A stretch of DNA of 32,000 bases from Gemmatimonadota bacterium (GCA_028287305.1 JAQBPX010000021.1:84433-116432); one strand, 5' to 3'; counted from the first letter of the stretch, positions 8,400-16,697 are shown. Notes: generated by a model from the letters alone, not told the origin. A program made the numbers and translations.

Positions 8400-10079
8400 C
8401 TACCTGGCCTTCGAGCGGGCGCCCCCTTCGGGGCGACGCGTACGGCTCGCGCCCTTCCCTTCTCCCGCCACCAACTCGTCCCGCCGGCGGAATCCGTCGT
8501 CCGCGGTGGGAAGGGGAACCACGACTTCGAAGGTGCTCGCTTCGCCATCGTCACGGAAGCGCGCGCCATAGGCGTCATTGTGCCAGAGCGTCAGCACCTT
8601 GACCTGCACCACGCCGCGCAGCTCTCGCGCGATCGTGTGCATGTGCGAGAGCGCGGTCTCGTCACCCAGGCCGTCCTGCCAGAGGACGATCGATCCCACG
8701 CGACCCTCGCGCTCATCGATCAGCGGCAGCTTGATCTCCCAGAGTGACGCCTCGGCCACCTCCGTTCGCAGCCACGTCCAGACGGCCAGGTCGTCGTCGA
8801 AACGGCGATCCAGTGAGGCCACGCCCTGTCCATACACGAACGAGGGCCGCAGGCGAAGCTCGGCACGCTGGAAGTCGTCGGCGGCAAAGGTGCTCCCGAG
8901 CGCCTCGAAGATCTCGTCGAGCGTGCCGAGCTCGGACACGCGAAGGCTCGCCTCGCGCACGCGAACGCCCCGGCCGATCACCTGGCGCTGCTTGAATCCC
9001 TTGCGCACCACGCGTCCCAGCTCAGCGAACTCGTGATATCGCAGGCTCTGCACGAACAGCGTGGTGCCCAGCCCGACGACCAGGAGCACGAGCGCGACGT
9101 AGCCCGAGTCATTCACCAGGAGCATGCCGGCCAGCGCGAGCGATGCGCACGCGGCGTACAGCACGAGCGCCGCCTTGCGCGGGCTGTGGCCGAGCAGCAG
9201 CAGGCGATGATGGATGTGTCCCCGATCGGCCGAGAAGATCGGCTGGCCGCGCAGGAAGCGGCGGAAGATCGCCAGCGCGGTATCGATGACCGGAAGGCCG
9301 AGCGCCACGATGGGAATGGACACCGCTACGACGGTCTGGCCCTTTTGCGAGCTCAACAGGCCAATGCCCGCGAGCATGAAGCCGAGGAACAGGCTGCCGG
9401 AATCACCCAGGAAGATCGACGCCGGATGGAAGTTGTACGCGAGGAATCCGAGCGTGGCGCCAGCGAGCACGAGCGTGAGCAGCGTGGCGCCGTACTGATG
9501 GTTGATGCCGGCGACGACGAACATCGTGGTGAGCGCGAAGAGCGCCGCACCCGAGGCCAACCCATCGAGCCCGTCGATCAGGTTGAAGGCGTTCGTGACA
9601 CCCACCAGCCAGATCACCGTGAAGACGAGCCCTACCGTTCCGCCCAGCTCCACCACGCCCACTCCCGGCAGCGTGAGCGACGAGACGCGCACGCCCGCCG
9701 CGAACACGCCGAGCGCGACGATGATCTGGAACACGAACTTCACTCGGGCGCGCAGGGAGTAGAGGTCATCCACCAGCCCCACGAAGTGCATCGCGGCGGC
9801 GCCGAGGAGGATCACCGTCAGCCCGTGCGCGGTCTCGCCGAGCACCGAGGAGCCGAACAGCGCGAGCGTCAGTCCCAGCGCAACCGTGGCAGCCGAAAAG
9901 ACCGCCACCCCGCCGACCCGGGGGATGTCGCCGCGATGAACCTTGCGGTCGTCGTGCCCGTCGAACAGCTGGAGCTTGCGGGCACGTCCGCGCACCAGCC
10001 ACGTCAACGCGAGCGATCCGAGGAGCGCCGTGACGAATCCGAAAAGGTGCAGGCCGAGCGAGAGTGTGTGATCGCGCAT
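8400..10079 (-). CDS. wecA: Polyprenyl-phosphate N-acetylhexosamine-1-phosphate transferase (WecA/MraY family), with a ~215-aa C-terminal extension
   Basis: Family motifs NAFNLIDGLDGLASG, FLGDSGSLFLGF and DRGHIHHRLL, plus about 10 TM segments in aa 1-344. Residues 345-559 are soluble and I recognise no motif in them. Confidence 0.9.
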   Translation of the reverse strand: MRDHTLSLGLHLFGFVTALLGSLALTWLVRGRARKLQLFDGHDDRKVHRGDIPRVGGVAVFSAATVALGLTLALFGSSVLGETAHGLTVILLGAAAMHFVGLVDDLYSLRARVKFVFQIIVALGVFAAGVRVSSLTLPGVGVVELGGTVGLVFTVIWLVGVTNAFNLIDGLDGLASGAALFALTTMFVVAGINHQYGATLLTLVLAGATLGFLAYNFHPASIFLGDSGSLFLGFMLAGIGLLSSQKGQTVVAVSIPIVALGLPVIDTALAIFRRFLRGQPIFSADRGHIHHRLLLLGHSPRKAALVLYAACASLALAGMLLVNDSGYVALVLLVVGLGTTLFVQSLRYHEFAELGRVVRKGFKQRQVIGRGVRVREASLRVSELGTLDEIFEALGSTFAADDFQRAELRLRPSFVYGQGVASLDRRFDDDLAVWTWLRTEVAEASLWEIKLPLIDEREGRVGSIVLWQDGLGDETALSHMHTIARELRGVVQVKVLTLWHNDAYGARFRDDGEASTFEVVVPLPTADDGFRRRDELVAGEGKGASRTRRPEGGARSKAR

Positions 10080-10162
10080 TACGCGCGTGAGAAAAGCAAG
10101 ATCGGTGCCCTGCCGAGCTCAATGGTCATGCCGCCACGCGACTTAGCGCGATCGACGCCCCA

Positions 10163-11461
10163 TTATTCCGTCACGACTTCCGCACCAGCCTGCTTCATCC
10201 GTCCCAGGAGCGCGGCGTCCATGCGTGCGCGTACCACCACGCGGTCGCCATCCGTGCGCTGCTCGAGCACCTGGCCCAGGCGATGGAGGTCGGCCAGCAG
10301 CCGCCCCTGTTCCGGCAGCAGCCTCAGCTCCGAGACGGGGCGACGCGCGCGAATCGACCCTGCGAGGGCGCGCGTGAGCGGATCGAGGCCGCCCTCGGTT
10401 GCGCACGACACGTAGATCGCCCCCGGCACCAGCGCCCCCACGCGAGCCTGCAGCGCGAGCAGCTCATCCTCAGGCAGCAGGTCGGTCTTGTTGAAGACGA
10501 GCAGGGACGGCTGCTCCGTCACGCCGAGCTCACCCAGCACCTGCTCCACTACCATGCGCTGTTCTTCCCACTGCGGATGGCTGGCATCCACCACGTGCAG
10601 CAACACGTCGGCGTCCTTGGTCTCCTCGAGCGTCGCGCGGAACGAGGCGACCAGGTGGTGGGGCAGCTTGCGGATGAAGCCCACGGTGTCGGTGAGCAGC
10701 ACCTTGGCATTCTCCCCCAGGTCCACCTCGCGCGTGAGCGGGTCGAGCGTGGCGAAGAGCTGGTTCTGCACGTACACCTGCTCGTCGCCGGACATGGCGC
10801 GGAGGATGGACGACTTCCCCGCGTTGGTGTAGCCCACCAGCGAGGCCTTGAAGGAATTCCGGCGATTGCTGCGCTGCACTTCCCGCCCCTTCTGCACGTC
10901 CACCAGCCGCTCGCGCAGCACCTTGATGCGGTGGTTGATGAGCCGGCGGTCCGTCTCCAGCTGCGTTTCCCCGGGGCCGCGCATGCCGATGCCGCCGCGG
11001 AACTTCTCGAGGTGGGTCCACATGCGCGTGAGCCGCGGCAGCATGTACTCCAGCTGCGCGAGCTCCACCTGCATCTTCGCCTCCGACGTCCGCGCCCGCG
11101 TGGCGAAGATGTCGAGGATCAACTCCGCGCGGTCCATCACGCGGCAGGTGATCGCCTTCTCGATGTTGTTGCCCTGCGAGGGCGAGAGCTCGTCGTCGAA
11201 CAGCACGAGCGTCACGCGATCGTGCTCCACGCGCGCCGCGAGCTCCTCCAGCTTGCCCTTGCCGAGGTAGGTGGCCGGATGCGGCCGCTCGATCTGCTGC
11301 GTGAACGTCCCCACCACCTCCGCGCCCGCCGTCTCGGCCAGGCGCTCCAGCTCCTTCAGGTGCTCGTCACTCGAGCGCCGGGCCCCCGCCCGCTTGAGCG
11401 GCGCGCCGACCAGCAGCGCGCGCTCAACCGGGGGAGTGACCGAGATCAGGTCGCCTTTGAT
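10163..11461 (-). CDS. hflX: GTPase HflX
   Basis: GPGETQLETDRR signature, G1 GYTNAGKSS, G3 DTVGF, G4 NKTD. The ORF track starts at the GTG at 11317, but HflX N-domain homology (ERALLVGAPLKRAGARRSSDEHLKELERLAETAGAEVVG) continues upstream. There is no in-frame ATG/GTG/TTG there. An ATC at 11461..11459 lies 8 nt after AAGGAG, so the 5' end is an inference. Confidence 0.85.
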   Translation of the reverse strand: MKGDLISVTPPVERALLVGAPLKRAGARRSSDEHLKELERLAETAGAEVVGTFTQQIERPHPATYLGKGKLEELAARVEHDRVTLVLFDDELSPSQGNNIEKAITCRVMDRAELILDIFATRARTSEAKMQVELAQLEYMLPRLTRMWTHLEKFRGGIGMRGPGETQLETDRRLINHRIKVLRERLVDVQKGREVQRSNRRNSFKASLVGYTNAGKSSILRAMSGDEQVYVQNQLFATLDPLTREVDLGENAKVLLTDTVGFIRKLPHHLVASFRATLEETKDADVLLHVVDASHPQWEEQRMVVEQVLGELGVTEQPSLLVFNKTDLLPEDELLALQARVGALVPGAIYVSCATEGGLDPLTRALAGSIRARRPVSELRLLPEQGRLLADLHRLGQVLEQRTDGDRVVVRARMDAALLGRMKQAGAEVVTE

Positions 11462-11469
11462 GTGCGATT

Positions 11470-11475
11470 CTCCTT
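11470..11475 (-). promoter_or_regulatory. Shine-Dalgarno AAGGAG serving the proposed ATC start of hflX
   Basis: Minus strand reads TAG GCCACA AGGAG AATCGCAC ATC AAA GGC. The spacing is 8 nt. Confidence 0.5.
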
Positions 11476-11480
11476 GTGGC

Positions 11481-11954
11481 CTATCGCCCGAAGCCGAGCG
11501 TCGAGAAGCGGCCAGTCGACGTGAACGGGATGGTGTGATTGCCCAGTGGCGACCCGACGGTCACGTCGCCGATCACCTTGTAGTCCACCGCGCCCGAGTT
11601 GAGCAGCGAGCGGCCCGCGGCGCCGAGGCCGTTGTACGTGAACGAGACCGGGATGGTCACGAACGTCGAGTCCTTCGACTGCACGGTCGTCCGGCTGTCC
11701 AGCGCGCCGCTCGCGAACGAGACGGAGTCGCCCAGCAACACCCGGTACGTCATTCGCGTGGCGTCCAGCCGGAACTCGTTCGGGTTGTAGACGCTGAGCA
11801 CCACGTCCACGTTGCCGCCCGTGAGCCCCACGCCCCGCAGCTTCACGTCCTTCAGCGCGACCACGGGCTCCTGGAACACCTGCTTCCCGAGCGCCGAGCA
11901 GGCCGCCCCGCCCAGTGTCGCTGCAACCGCAACCAGCATCATCGTCTTGCGCAT
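11481..11954 (-). CDS. LEA type 2 (WHy / LEA_2) family lipoprotein
   Basis: Signal peptide plus Cys (MRKTMMLVAVAATLGGAAC). The core VDVVLSVYNPNEFRL..YRVLLGD is typical of LEA_2. A strong SD (GGAGGA) lies 6 nt upstream of the ATG. Confidence 0.75.
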   Translation of the reverse strand: MRKTMMLVAVAATLGGAACSALGKQVFQEPVVALKDVKLRGVGLTGGNVDVVLSVYNPNEFRLDATRMTYRVLLGDSVSFASGALDSRTTVQSKDSTFVTIPVSFTYNGLGAAGRSLLNSGAVDYKVIGDVTVGSPLGNHTIPFTSTGRFSTLGFGR

Positions 11955-11981
11955 GATCTTCCTCCGTTCAGGTGCGCGTCT

Positions 11982-13355
11982 TCATTCGTGCGCGCCGTCC
12001 TCTCCGCCGGTCGCGCGGCGTCTCAACTCCTCCCACCACGCCAGTCGCTTCGCGATCTCGCGCTCGAACCCGAAGCCGCCGGGCTGATAGAAGGTCGTCC
12101 CCCTCAGCTTCTCCGGCAGGTACTCCTGCGGGATGTATGCCTCGGCGACGTCGTGCGCGTACTGATACCCCTTTCCGTATCCCAGTTCCTTCATCAGGCC
12201 CGTGGGCGCATTCCGGATGTGGAGCGGCACCTCGGCGGTCGGGTTCTCCCGGGCCGCGTCCATCGCCGCACCCAGCGCCGCCTTCGCGCTGTTCGACTTG
12301 GGGGCAGTGGCCAGGTAGATGATCATCTGCGCGAGCGGAAGATAGCCCTCCGGGGGCCCGAGCATGTGGTAGGCGTCGCGAGCCGCGACCGCCAGCTTGA
12401 GCGCCTCGGGGTCGGCGAGCCCCACGTCCTCGGCGGCCATCGCAATGCTGCGCCGGAAGAGCACCATCGGGTCACCGCCACCCTCCACGAAGCGCGCCAT
12501 CCAGAAGAGCGCCGCCTGCGGATCGCTGCCGCGCAGCGACTTGTGGAAGGCGGAGAGCATGTTGTACGTCTCCTCCCCGCCCTTGTCGAAGCGCGACACG
12601 CGCAGCTGCAGCGCCTCGCGCGTGACCTCCGCGGTCATGTGCCCGCCGTCGCCCACATGGTCGGCCGCCGCCTCCAGCACCGTGAGCGCGCGACGCGCGT
12701 CTCCGTCCGCCAGCTCGGCCAGCAGCGTGACCGCATCGTCGTCGACGTCGAGGTGCCGCGCGCCCAGCCCACGATCCTCGTCCGCGATCGCGCGACGCAG
12801 CACCACCGTGAGGTCTTCGGCGGTGAGCGACTTGAGCACGAACACGCGCAGCCGGGAAAGCAGCGCGCCGGTGATCTCGAAGCTGGGATTCTCAGTCGTC
12901 GCTCCCACGAGGGTGATGGTGCCCGCCTCCACATGCGGCAGGAAGGCGTCCTGCTGGGACTTGTTGAAGCGGTGAATCTCGTCCGCGAACAGGATCGTGC
13001 CCCGCCCGTACGAGAGGCGGCCCTCGGCCTCCGCGACGATCTCGCGCACGCGCGCCACGCCTTCCGTGACCGCCGAGAAGGAGACGAACTCGCGCTCGGT
13101 GTGGCGGGCGATCAGTCGCGCGAGCGTCGTCTTGCCGGTGCCGGGCGGACCCCAGAACACCATCGAGCCCACCATGCCCCGCTCGATCGCCTCGCGCAGC
13201 GGACGGCCCGGCGCGAGCAGGTGCGCCTGCCCCACGAATTCATCGAGCGAGCGTGGACGCATGCGCGCGGCGAGCGGCTGCATGCGCATGGGCGACACGA
13301 AGAGCGAATCGGAGCCCTCTCCCTCCGGGCGGCGACGTCCCTTGCCGGCGGCCAC
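11982..13355 (-). CDS. rarA: Replication-associated recombination protein A (AAA+ ATPase RarA/MgsA)
   Basis: Walker [10 protein letters not shown], Walker [14 protein letters not shown]-terminal [11 protein letters not shown]. Start moved from 13430 to the GTG at 13355. That GTG is 6 nt after GGGAGG and 2 nt after the ZIP stop, which removes a 73-nt overlap. Confidence 0.9.
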   Translation of the reverse strand: MAAGKGRRRPEGEGSDSLFVSPMRMQPLAARMRPRSLDEFVGQAHLLAPGRPLREAIERGMVGSMVFWGPPGTGKTTLARLIARHTEREFVSFSAVTEGVARVREIVAEAEGRLSYGRGTILFADEIHRFNKSQQDAFLPHVEAGTITLVGATTENPSFEITGALLSRLRVFVLKSLTAEDLTVVLRRAIADEDRGLGARHLDVDDDAVTLLAELADGDARRALTVLEAAADHVGDGGHMTAEVTREALQLRVSRFDKGGEETYNMLSAFHKSLRGSDPQAALFWMARFVEGGGDPMVLFRRSIAMAAEDVGLADPEALKLAVAARDAYHMLGPPEGYLPLAQMIIYLATAPKSNSAKAALGAAMDAARENPTAEVPLHIRNAPTGLMKELGYGKGYQYAHDVAEAYIPQEYLPEKLRGTTFYQPGGFGFEREIAKRLAWWEELRRRATGGEDGAHE

Positions 13356-13357
13356 CG

Positions 13358-14071
13358 TCAGCCTCCCCCGAGCGTCCGCGCCAGGAAGTACACGCCGCAG
13401 CCGGCCACGAAGCTCGCCGGCAGGCGCCATCCGCCCTTGGACTGGAACTCCGGCACCAGGTTCGAGGCGGCCACGTAGAGCGTGACGCCCGCCGCGACGG
13501 CGAGCCCGTTCTCGCGGAGCCAGGGCACCTGGGCGGTGACGATCACGCCGATAACGGTCGAGGTGCCGAGCGCCGCGGCGGCGAGCAGCGCCGCGCGACG
13601 GCCGCGCCCGGAAGCGAGAAAGAGGCTCGAGATCGCGAGCCCCTCGGGCACCTTGTGCAGCACCACGCCCATGAAGACCAGCGTCCCCACCAGCCCGCTC
13701 ACGAGCAGCCCGCTCGTGACGGCCACACCATCCACGAAGGTGTGCATCAGCAGCCCGACCAGCGCAGCCGTGCTCACGACGCCGCTCACCGCATGCGTCT
13801 CCTCACCGAAGTGGAAGTGCTGGCCGAGCGTGTGCTGCGTCAGGTGCACGAGGAGGTACGAGGCGAGGGCGACGATCCCGGCTTGCGCGCCGTGCCGGGC
13901 GATGGCCTCGGGCAGGAGGTCCACGCACGCCACGGAGAGCATGAAGCCGGCCGAAAAGGCCAGCACCGCGTCGAGTGCCCTCACGCTGCGCGATCGCGAC
14001 GTGAGCGCCACCGCGCCGAGCATGTTCGCACCGAACGCCGCTGCCGCGTACAGCAGCTCCGCGCGTGTCAC
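13358..14071 (-). CDS. ZIP family metal cation permease (ZupT-like)
   Basis: 237 aa, about 8 TM. His-rich loop HFHFGEETH and HKVPEGLA signature. Confidence 0.85.
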   Translation of the reverse strand: MTRAELLYAAAAFGANMLGAVALTSRSRSVRALDAVLAFSAGFMLSVACVDLLPEAIARHGAQAGIVALASYLLVHLTQHTLGQHFHFGEETHAVSGVVSTAALVGLLMHTFVDGVAVTSGLLVSGLVGTLVFMGVVLHKVPEGLAISSLFLASGRGRRAALLAAAALGTSTVIGVIVTAQVPWLRENGLAVAAGVTLYVAASNLVPEFQSKGGWRLPASFVAGCGVYFLARTLGGG

Positions 14072-14595
14072 GCGCGCTGCAGCGACAGGCGCTCGACCGC
14101 GCCCTGCACGGCATTCACCAGGTCGGGCGCCGCGGGGAAGGCGGCGCGCTTGAGCTTCCAGCTCTTGGTCTGGAGCTTTCGCTGCTCCTCCAGCCCCTTG
14201 CCCTCGAGCAGGTAGAGCCAGCGGTCGGTCTTCGCGTAGACGAACAGCTCGAGGTACGGATTGAGCGTCAGCTGGTCGTCCGAGGTGTAGACGGCGATCT
14301 CGACGCCGCCGTAGCGCGAGAGCAGCAGCTTCAGCCGTGCGATGGCGTCGCGCACGTCGGGAAGCGCGACCGACTCAGCCTTCCAGCTGCGCCCGCTGCG
14401 TAGCTCGTCCACGTAGATGTCCACCGCGGGCGGCAGGTGCTCGAGCATCGTGTGGAACAGGTCCACCACGCGCTCCGCGTTCGCGACGACGTGCGCCGCG
14501 TAATGCTCGCCCTCCTGCGCGAAGGTGAAGCCGTCGGTATTGGCGCGGAACCGCCGCCAGATGCTCGCCTCGGGCTGCTTCCCTCTGAAGAACAT
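14068..14595 (-). CDS. Hypothetical protein, 175 aa, no recognised domain
   Basis: Balanced amino-acid composition with high GC3. ATGA overlap with the ZIP start, and 24 nt downstream of cca. Confidence 0.6.
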   Translation of the reverse strand: MFFRGKQPEASIWRRFRANTDGFTFAQEGEHYAAHVVANAERVVDLFHTMLEHLPPAVDIYVDELRSGRSWKAESVALPDVRDAIARLKLLLSRYGGVEIAVYTSDDQLTLNPYLELFVYAKTDRWLYLLEGKGLEEQRKLQTKSWKLKRAAFPAAPDLVNAVQGAVERLSLQRA

Positions 14596-14619
14596 GTCGG
14601 TGCGCTCTCGGGTTCTCGG

Positions 14620-15951
14620 TCAGGTCGCGTGGCTGGCATGCAGCCGCCGCGCCTCGTCCAGCAGGCCTGCAGGCTCGTTCCGCGCCGGGTCGGCGAGCAC
14701 GAGGTCGAGCAGGAGGTGGAGAATCTTACCGAATTGAGGGCCGGGCGGGATGCCAGCCCGTCGCAGGTCGTCGCCATCCACCGCCAGGTCGGCCAGCGCG
14801 ATCGGCTCGCGCAGGGCGCATACGCGCGCGCGCCGGTAGAGGGCGTGCAACTCCCGTGACGTCGGCGTCGCGGTCGCGCCCGGGTCGCTCGACCTTGCTG
14901 CCCATCGAACGGCGGCCACGCGGAAGGCCCCGTAGAGCTGCAACCGTCCCATCGCCGCGACCAGCCGGCGCATCGCCTCCGGATTCGACTGGAGAGCGCC
15001 GGCTCCCGACGTCACGGCGCGTTCGAGCGTGTGCCACGCCCCGACGGTCGCCGCCACCCACGCGGCATCGCGCTTCGAGAAGCGAAGCGCGGAGAGCACC
15101 TGCAACGCGCCCTCCTCGCCCAGCCCGGAGAACAGCGTCGCCAGCCGGTCCAGCTTGCGTCCCTCGGCGCGCGGACCGCTCCGGGGGCGCGGCAGGAGGT
15201 CGAGGGCGGAGAGGATCGCGTCATCCACGCGCCCGAGCGCGGGGATGAGCGTGGTGAGCGCGCCGCTGTCCCGCCATAGCGTCATGGCGGCGCCGGGGCG
15301 TGCCACCTGCTCCATGGTCTTCTCGAGCTCCTGCTTCACGCGCTCTGGCGAAAGGCGTCCGAGGTGCGGGGCGCTCGCGAGGATCGCGCGCCAGGTGGGC
15401 GCCTCGATCGGGAAGTCGAATCGCGCGGCGAAGCGGATTCCGCGCAGCGCGCGCAGGCGGTCCTCGCGCATGCGCTGCTCGGGATCACCCACCGCGCGAA
15501 CCACGCGCTTTTGCAGGTCCGCCCGGCCGCCGAAGGGATCGTGTACCCTGCGCTCGCTCGGCGAGTACGCGATCGCGTTGATCGTGAAGTCGCGCCGCGC
15601 CAGGTCATCGTCGAGCGACGCACCGAACTCCACGACCGCGTGGCGGCCATCGGTCTTCACGTCGCGCCGGAAGGTGGTCACCTCGTGCATCTTGCGGTCG
15701 CGATCGAGGACGCCCACGGTGCCGAATTCGATACCGACCGGGATCGTGCGCTTGTAGCCGAAGAGCTGACGCACCTGCTCGGGTGTGGCCGAGGTCGCCA
15801 GGTCCCAGTCCAGATGAGCCTGCCCCAGGAGCGCGTCGCGCACGGCGCCGCCCACGCACCACGTCTCGTGACCCGCGCTGGTGAGGGCGTTGGCGATCTC
15901 GAGCACTGGTGCGGGAGGATGCAACTCGACGTGCGCGTCCGGGGTATTCAC
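14620..15951 (-). CDS. cca: CCA-adding enzyme / class II tRNA nucleotidyltransferase family (poly(A) polymerase not excluded)
   Basis: GGAVRDALLG..DWDLAT catalytic motif, RRDFTINA motif, GTG start. Confidence 0.85.
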   Translation of the reverse strand: MNTPDAHVELHPPAPVLEIANALTSAGHETWCVGGAVRDALLGQAHLDWDLATSATPEQVRQLFGYKRTIPVGIEFGTVGVLDRDRKMHEVTTFRRDVKTDGRHAVVEFGASLDDDLARRDFTINAIAYSPSERRVHDPFGGRADLQKRVVRAVGDPEQRMREDRLRALRGIRFAARFDFPIEAPTWRAILASAPHLGRLSPERVKQELEKTMEQVARPGAAMTLWRDSGALTTLIPALGRVDDAILSALDLLPRPRSGPRAEGRKLDRLATLFSGLGEEGALQVLSALRFSKRDAAWVAATVGAWHTLERAVTSGAGALQSNPEAMRRLVAAMGRLQLYGAFRVAAVRWAARSSDPGATATPTSRELHALYRRARVCALREPIALADLAVDGDDLRRAGIPPGPQFGKILHLLLDLVLADPARNEPAGLLDEARRLHASHAT

Positions 15952-15958
15952 GCCGCGA

Positions 15959-15964
15959 AATATA
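15959..15964 (-). promoter_or_regulatory. -10-like hexamer TATATT, 7 nt upstream of the cca GTG (leaderless-type geometry)
   Basis: Minus strand reads GATCATATATT TCGCGGC GTG. There is no SD and no convincing -35. Confidence 0.3.
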
Positions 15965-16090
15965 TGATCCCACGCGTGACGAACGGCGGGGAAAGACAGT
16001 CTGTGGGTAGGCGCAACGCGCGAAACCGGCGATATTTAGCCGAGGGCGCGTCCCCGGACGTTTATCCGCATCCAGCAGGGAGCATCACCG

Positions 16091-16504
16091 ATGCACGAGT
16101 TCGAGCAGATCCTGGCGCAGTCGCGTGCCGCTGAGCAGTTCAAGGCGGACGTCCGCAACTTCGTGCAGGGTGGGCCGGCCGCGCGCGTCGCGGTGGTGGG
16201 TCACGGTCCCTCGGTGAAGGTCCGCCGCGTGCTCGCGCAGCTCCTCGCCATGGAAGCTCACATGCCGATCGAGCGGGTGGAGATCAGGGGCCAGTCAGGC
16301 TGCTCGGACTTCGCCGGCGTGATGCGCGTGACGACCATGGACACGGTGGAGGACATCGAGTTCTCCTGGTGCTGTCGCTGGCGCGCGGAGCAGGAAGGGT
16401 GGACGGACTACTTCGGCTTCCCCGACCAGATGCGCGCGGCGCGCGAGTTCGACTGGCGCTGCTTCGAGTCGTGGACGCGGGTGTCGGTGACGCAGAAGGC
16501 GTGA
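16091..16504 (+). CDS. Hypothetical protein, 137 aa, Trp/Cys-rich, no recognised domain
   Basis: The only credible plus-strand ORF. High GC3 and diverse composition. SD GGGAG lies 8 nt upstream of the ATG. The overlapping minus-strand ORFs are Arg/Pro-rich junk. Confidence 0.6.
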   Translation: MHEFEQILAQSRAAEQFKADVRNFVQGGPAARVAVVGHGPSVKVRRVLAQLLAMEAHMPIERVEIRGQSGCSDFAGVMRVTTMDTVEDIEFSWCCRWRAEQEGWTDYFGFPDQMRAAREFDWRCFESWTRVSVTQKA

Positions 16505-16544
16505 TCCAGCATCGGTTCGCCCGGGCCAGGGGCAACAGCCGGCC

Positions 16545-16697
16545 AGGACAACGGCGGATCCACAGGACAACTGCGGGAACAACACGACCTGCTTTTTGAC
16601 GGCACACCCTCGGGCTTCGAGCTCCGATGGTGTGCTGTTTGACAAGAAGCAGTTGCAGGGTCCTGCGGTTGTCCCGCGTTGTCCGCCGTGGTCCCGT
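16545..16697. repeat. Long imperfect palindrome made of GGACAAC / GTTGTCC heptamers around a nested hairpin; possible bidirectional terminator or structured RNA
   Basis: GGACAAC at 16546 and 16565, GGAACAAC at 16576. The reverse-complement GTTGTCC occurs at 16668 and 16678, and GTGGTCC at 16688, so the right-arm copies are 10 bp apart. Inner stems: CTGCTT/AAGCAG (16589-94 with 16648-53) and GCACACC/GGTGTGC (16602-08 with 16629-35). Sits between convergent genes. Confidence 0.6.

Noticed and set aside
10080-10162. tRNA or small-RNA genes in the short intergenic gaps (10080-10162, 15952-16090, 23651-23722, 30034-30177)
   Set aside because: No cloverleaf-compatible segments or T-loop GTTCRANYC-like boxes are visible. 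These gaps look like ordinary promoter or terminator spacers.
573-13478. A series of long plus-strand ORFs (573..2618, 3109..5355, 5322..6467, 5863..7323, 7122..8747, 9033..10415, 10283..11524, 11271..13478)
   Set aside because: All are antisense to motif-bearing minus-strand genes, have Arg/Pro/His-rich junk composition, and have no SD or promoter context.
11982-15951. Possibility that RarA (AAA+), YraN (endonuclease-like, 25751..26119) or the unknown proteins form a phage-defence cassette
   Set aside because: RarA and YraN are widely conserved housekeeping families in conserved contexts (yraN lies near recA). No partner nuclease, methylase, sensor genes or mobile-element hallmarks are present.
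16545-16697. Integron attC site, IS/MITE termini or retron msr/msd as explanations for the long palindromes (also 26196..26370)
   Set aside because: There are no RYYYAAC/GTTRRRY core sites, no integrase, transposase or reverse transcriptase in the window, and no visible target-site duplication. A MITE/REP-like family is not excluded but cannot be shown from two copies.
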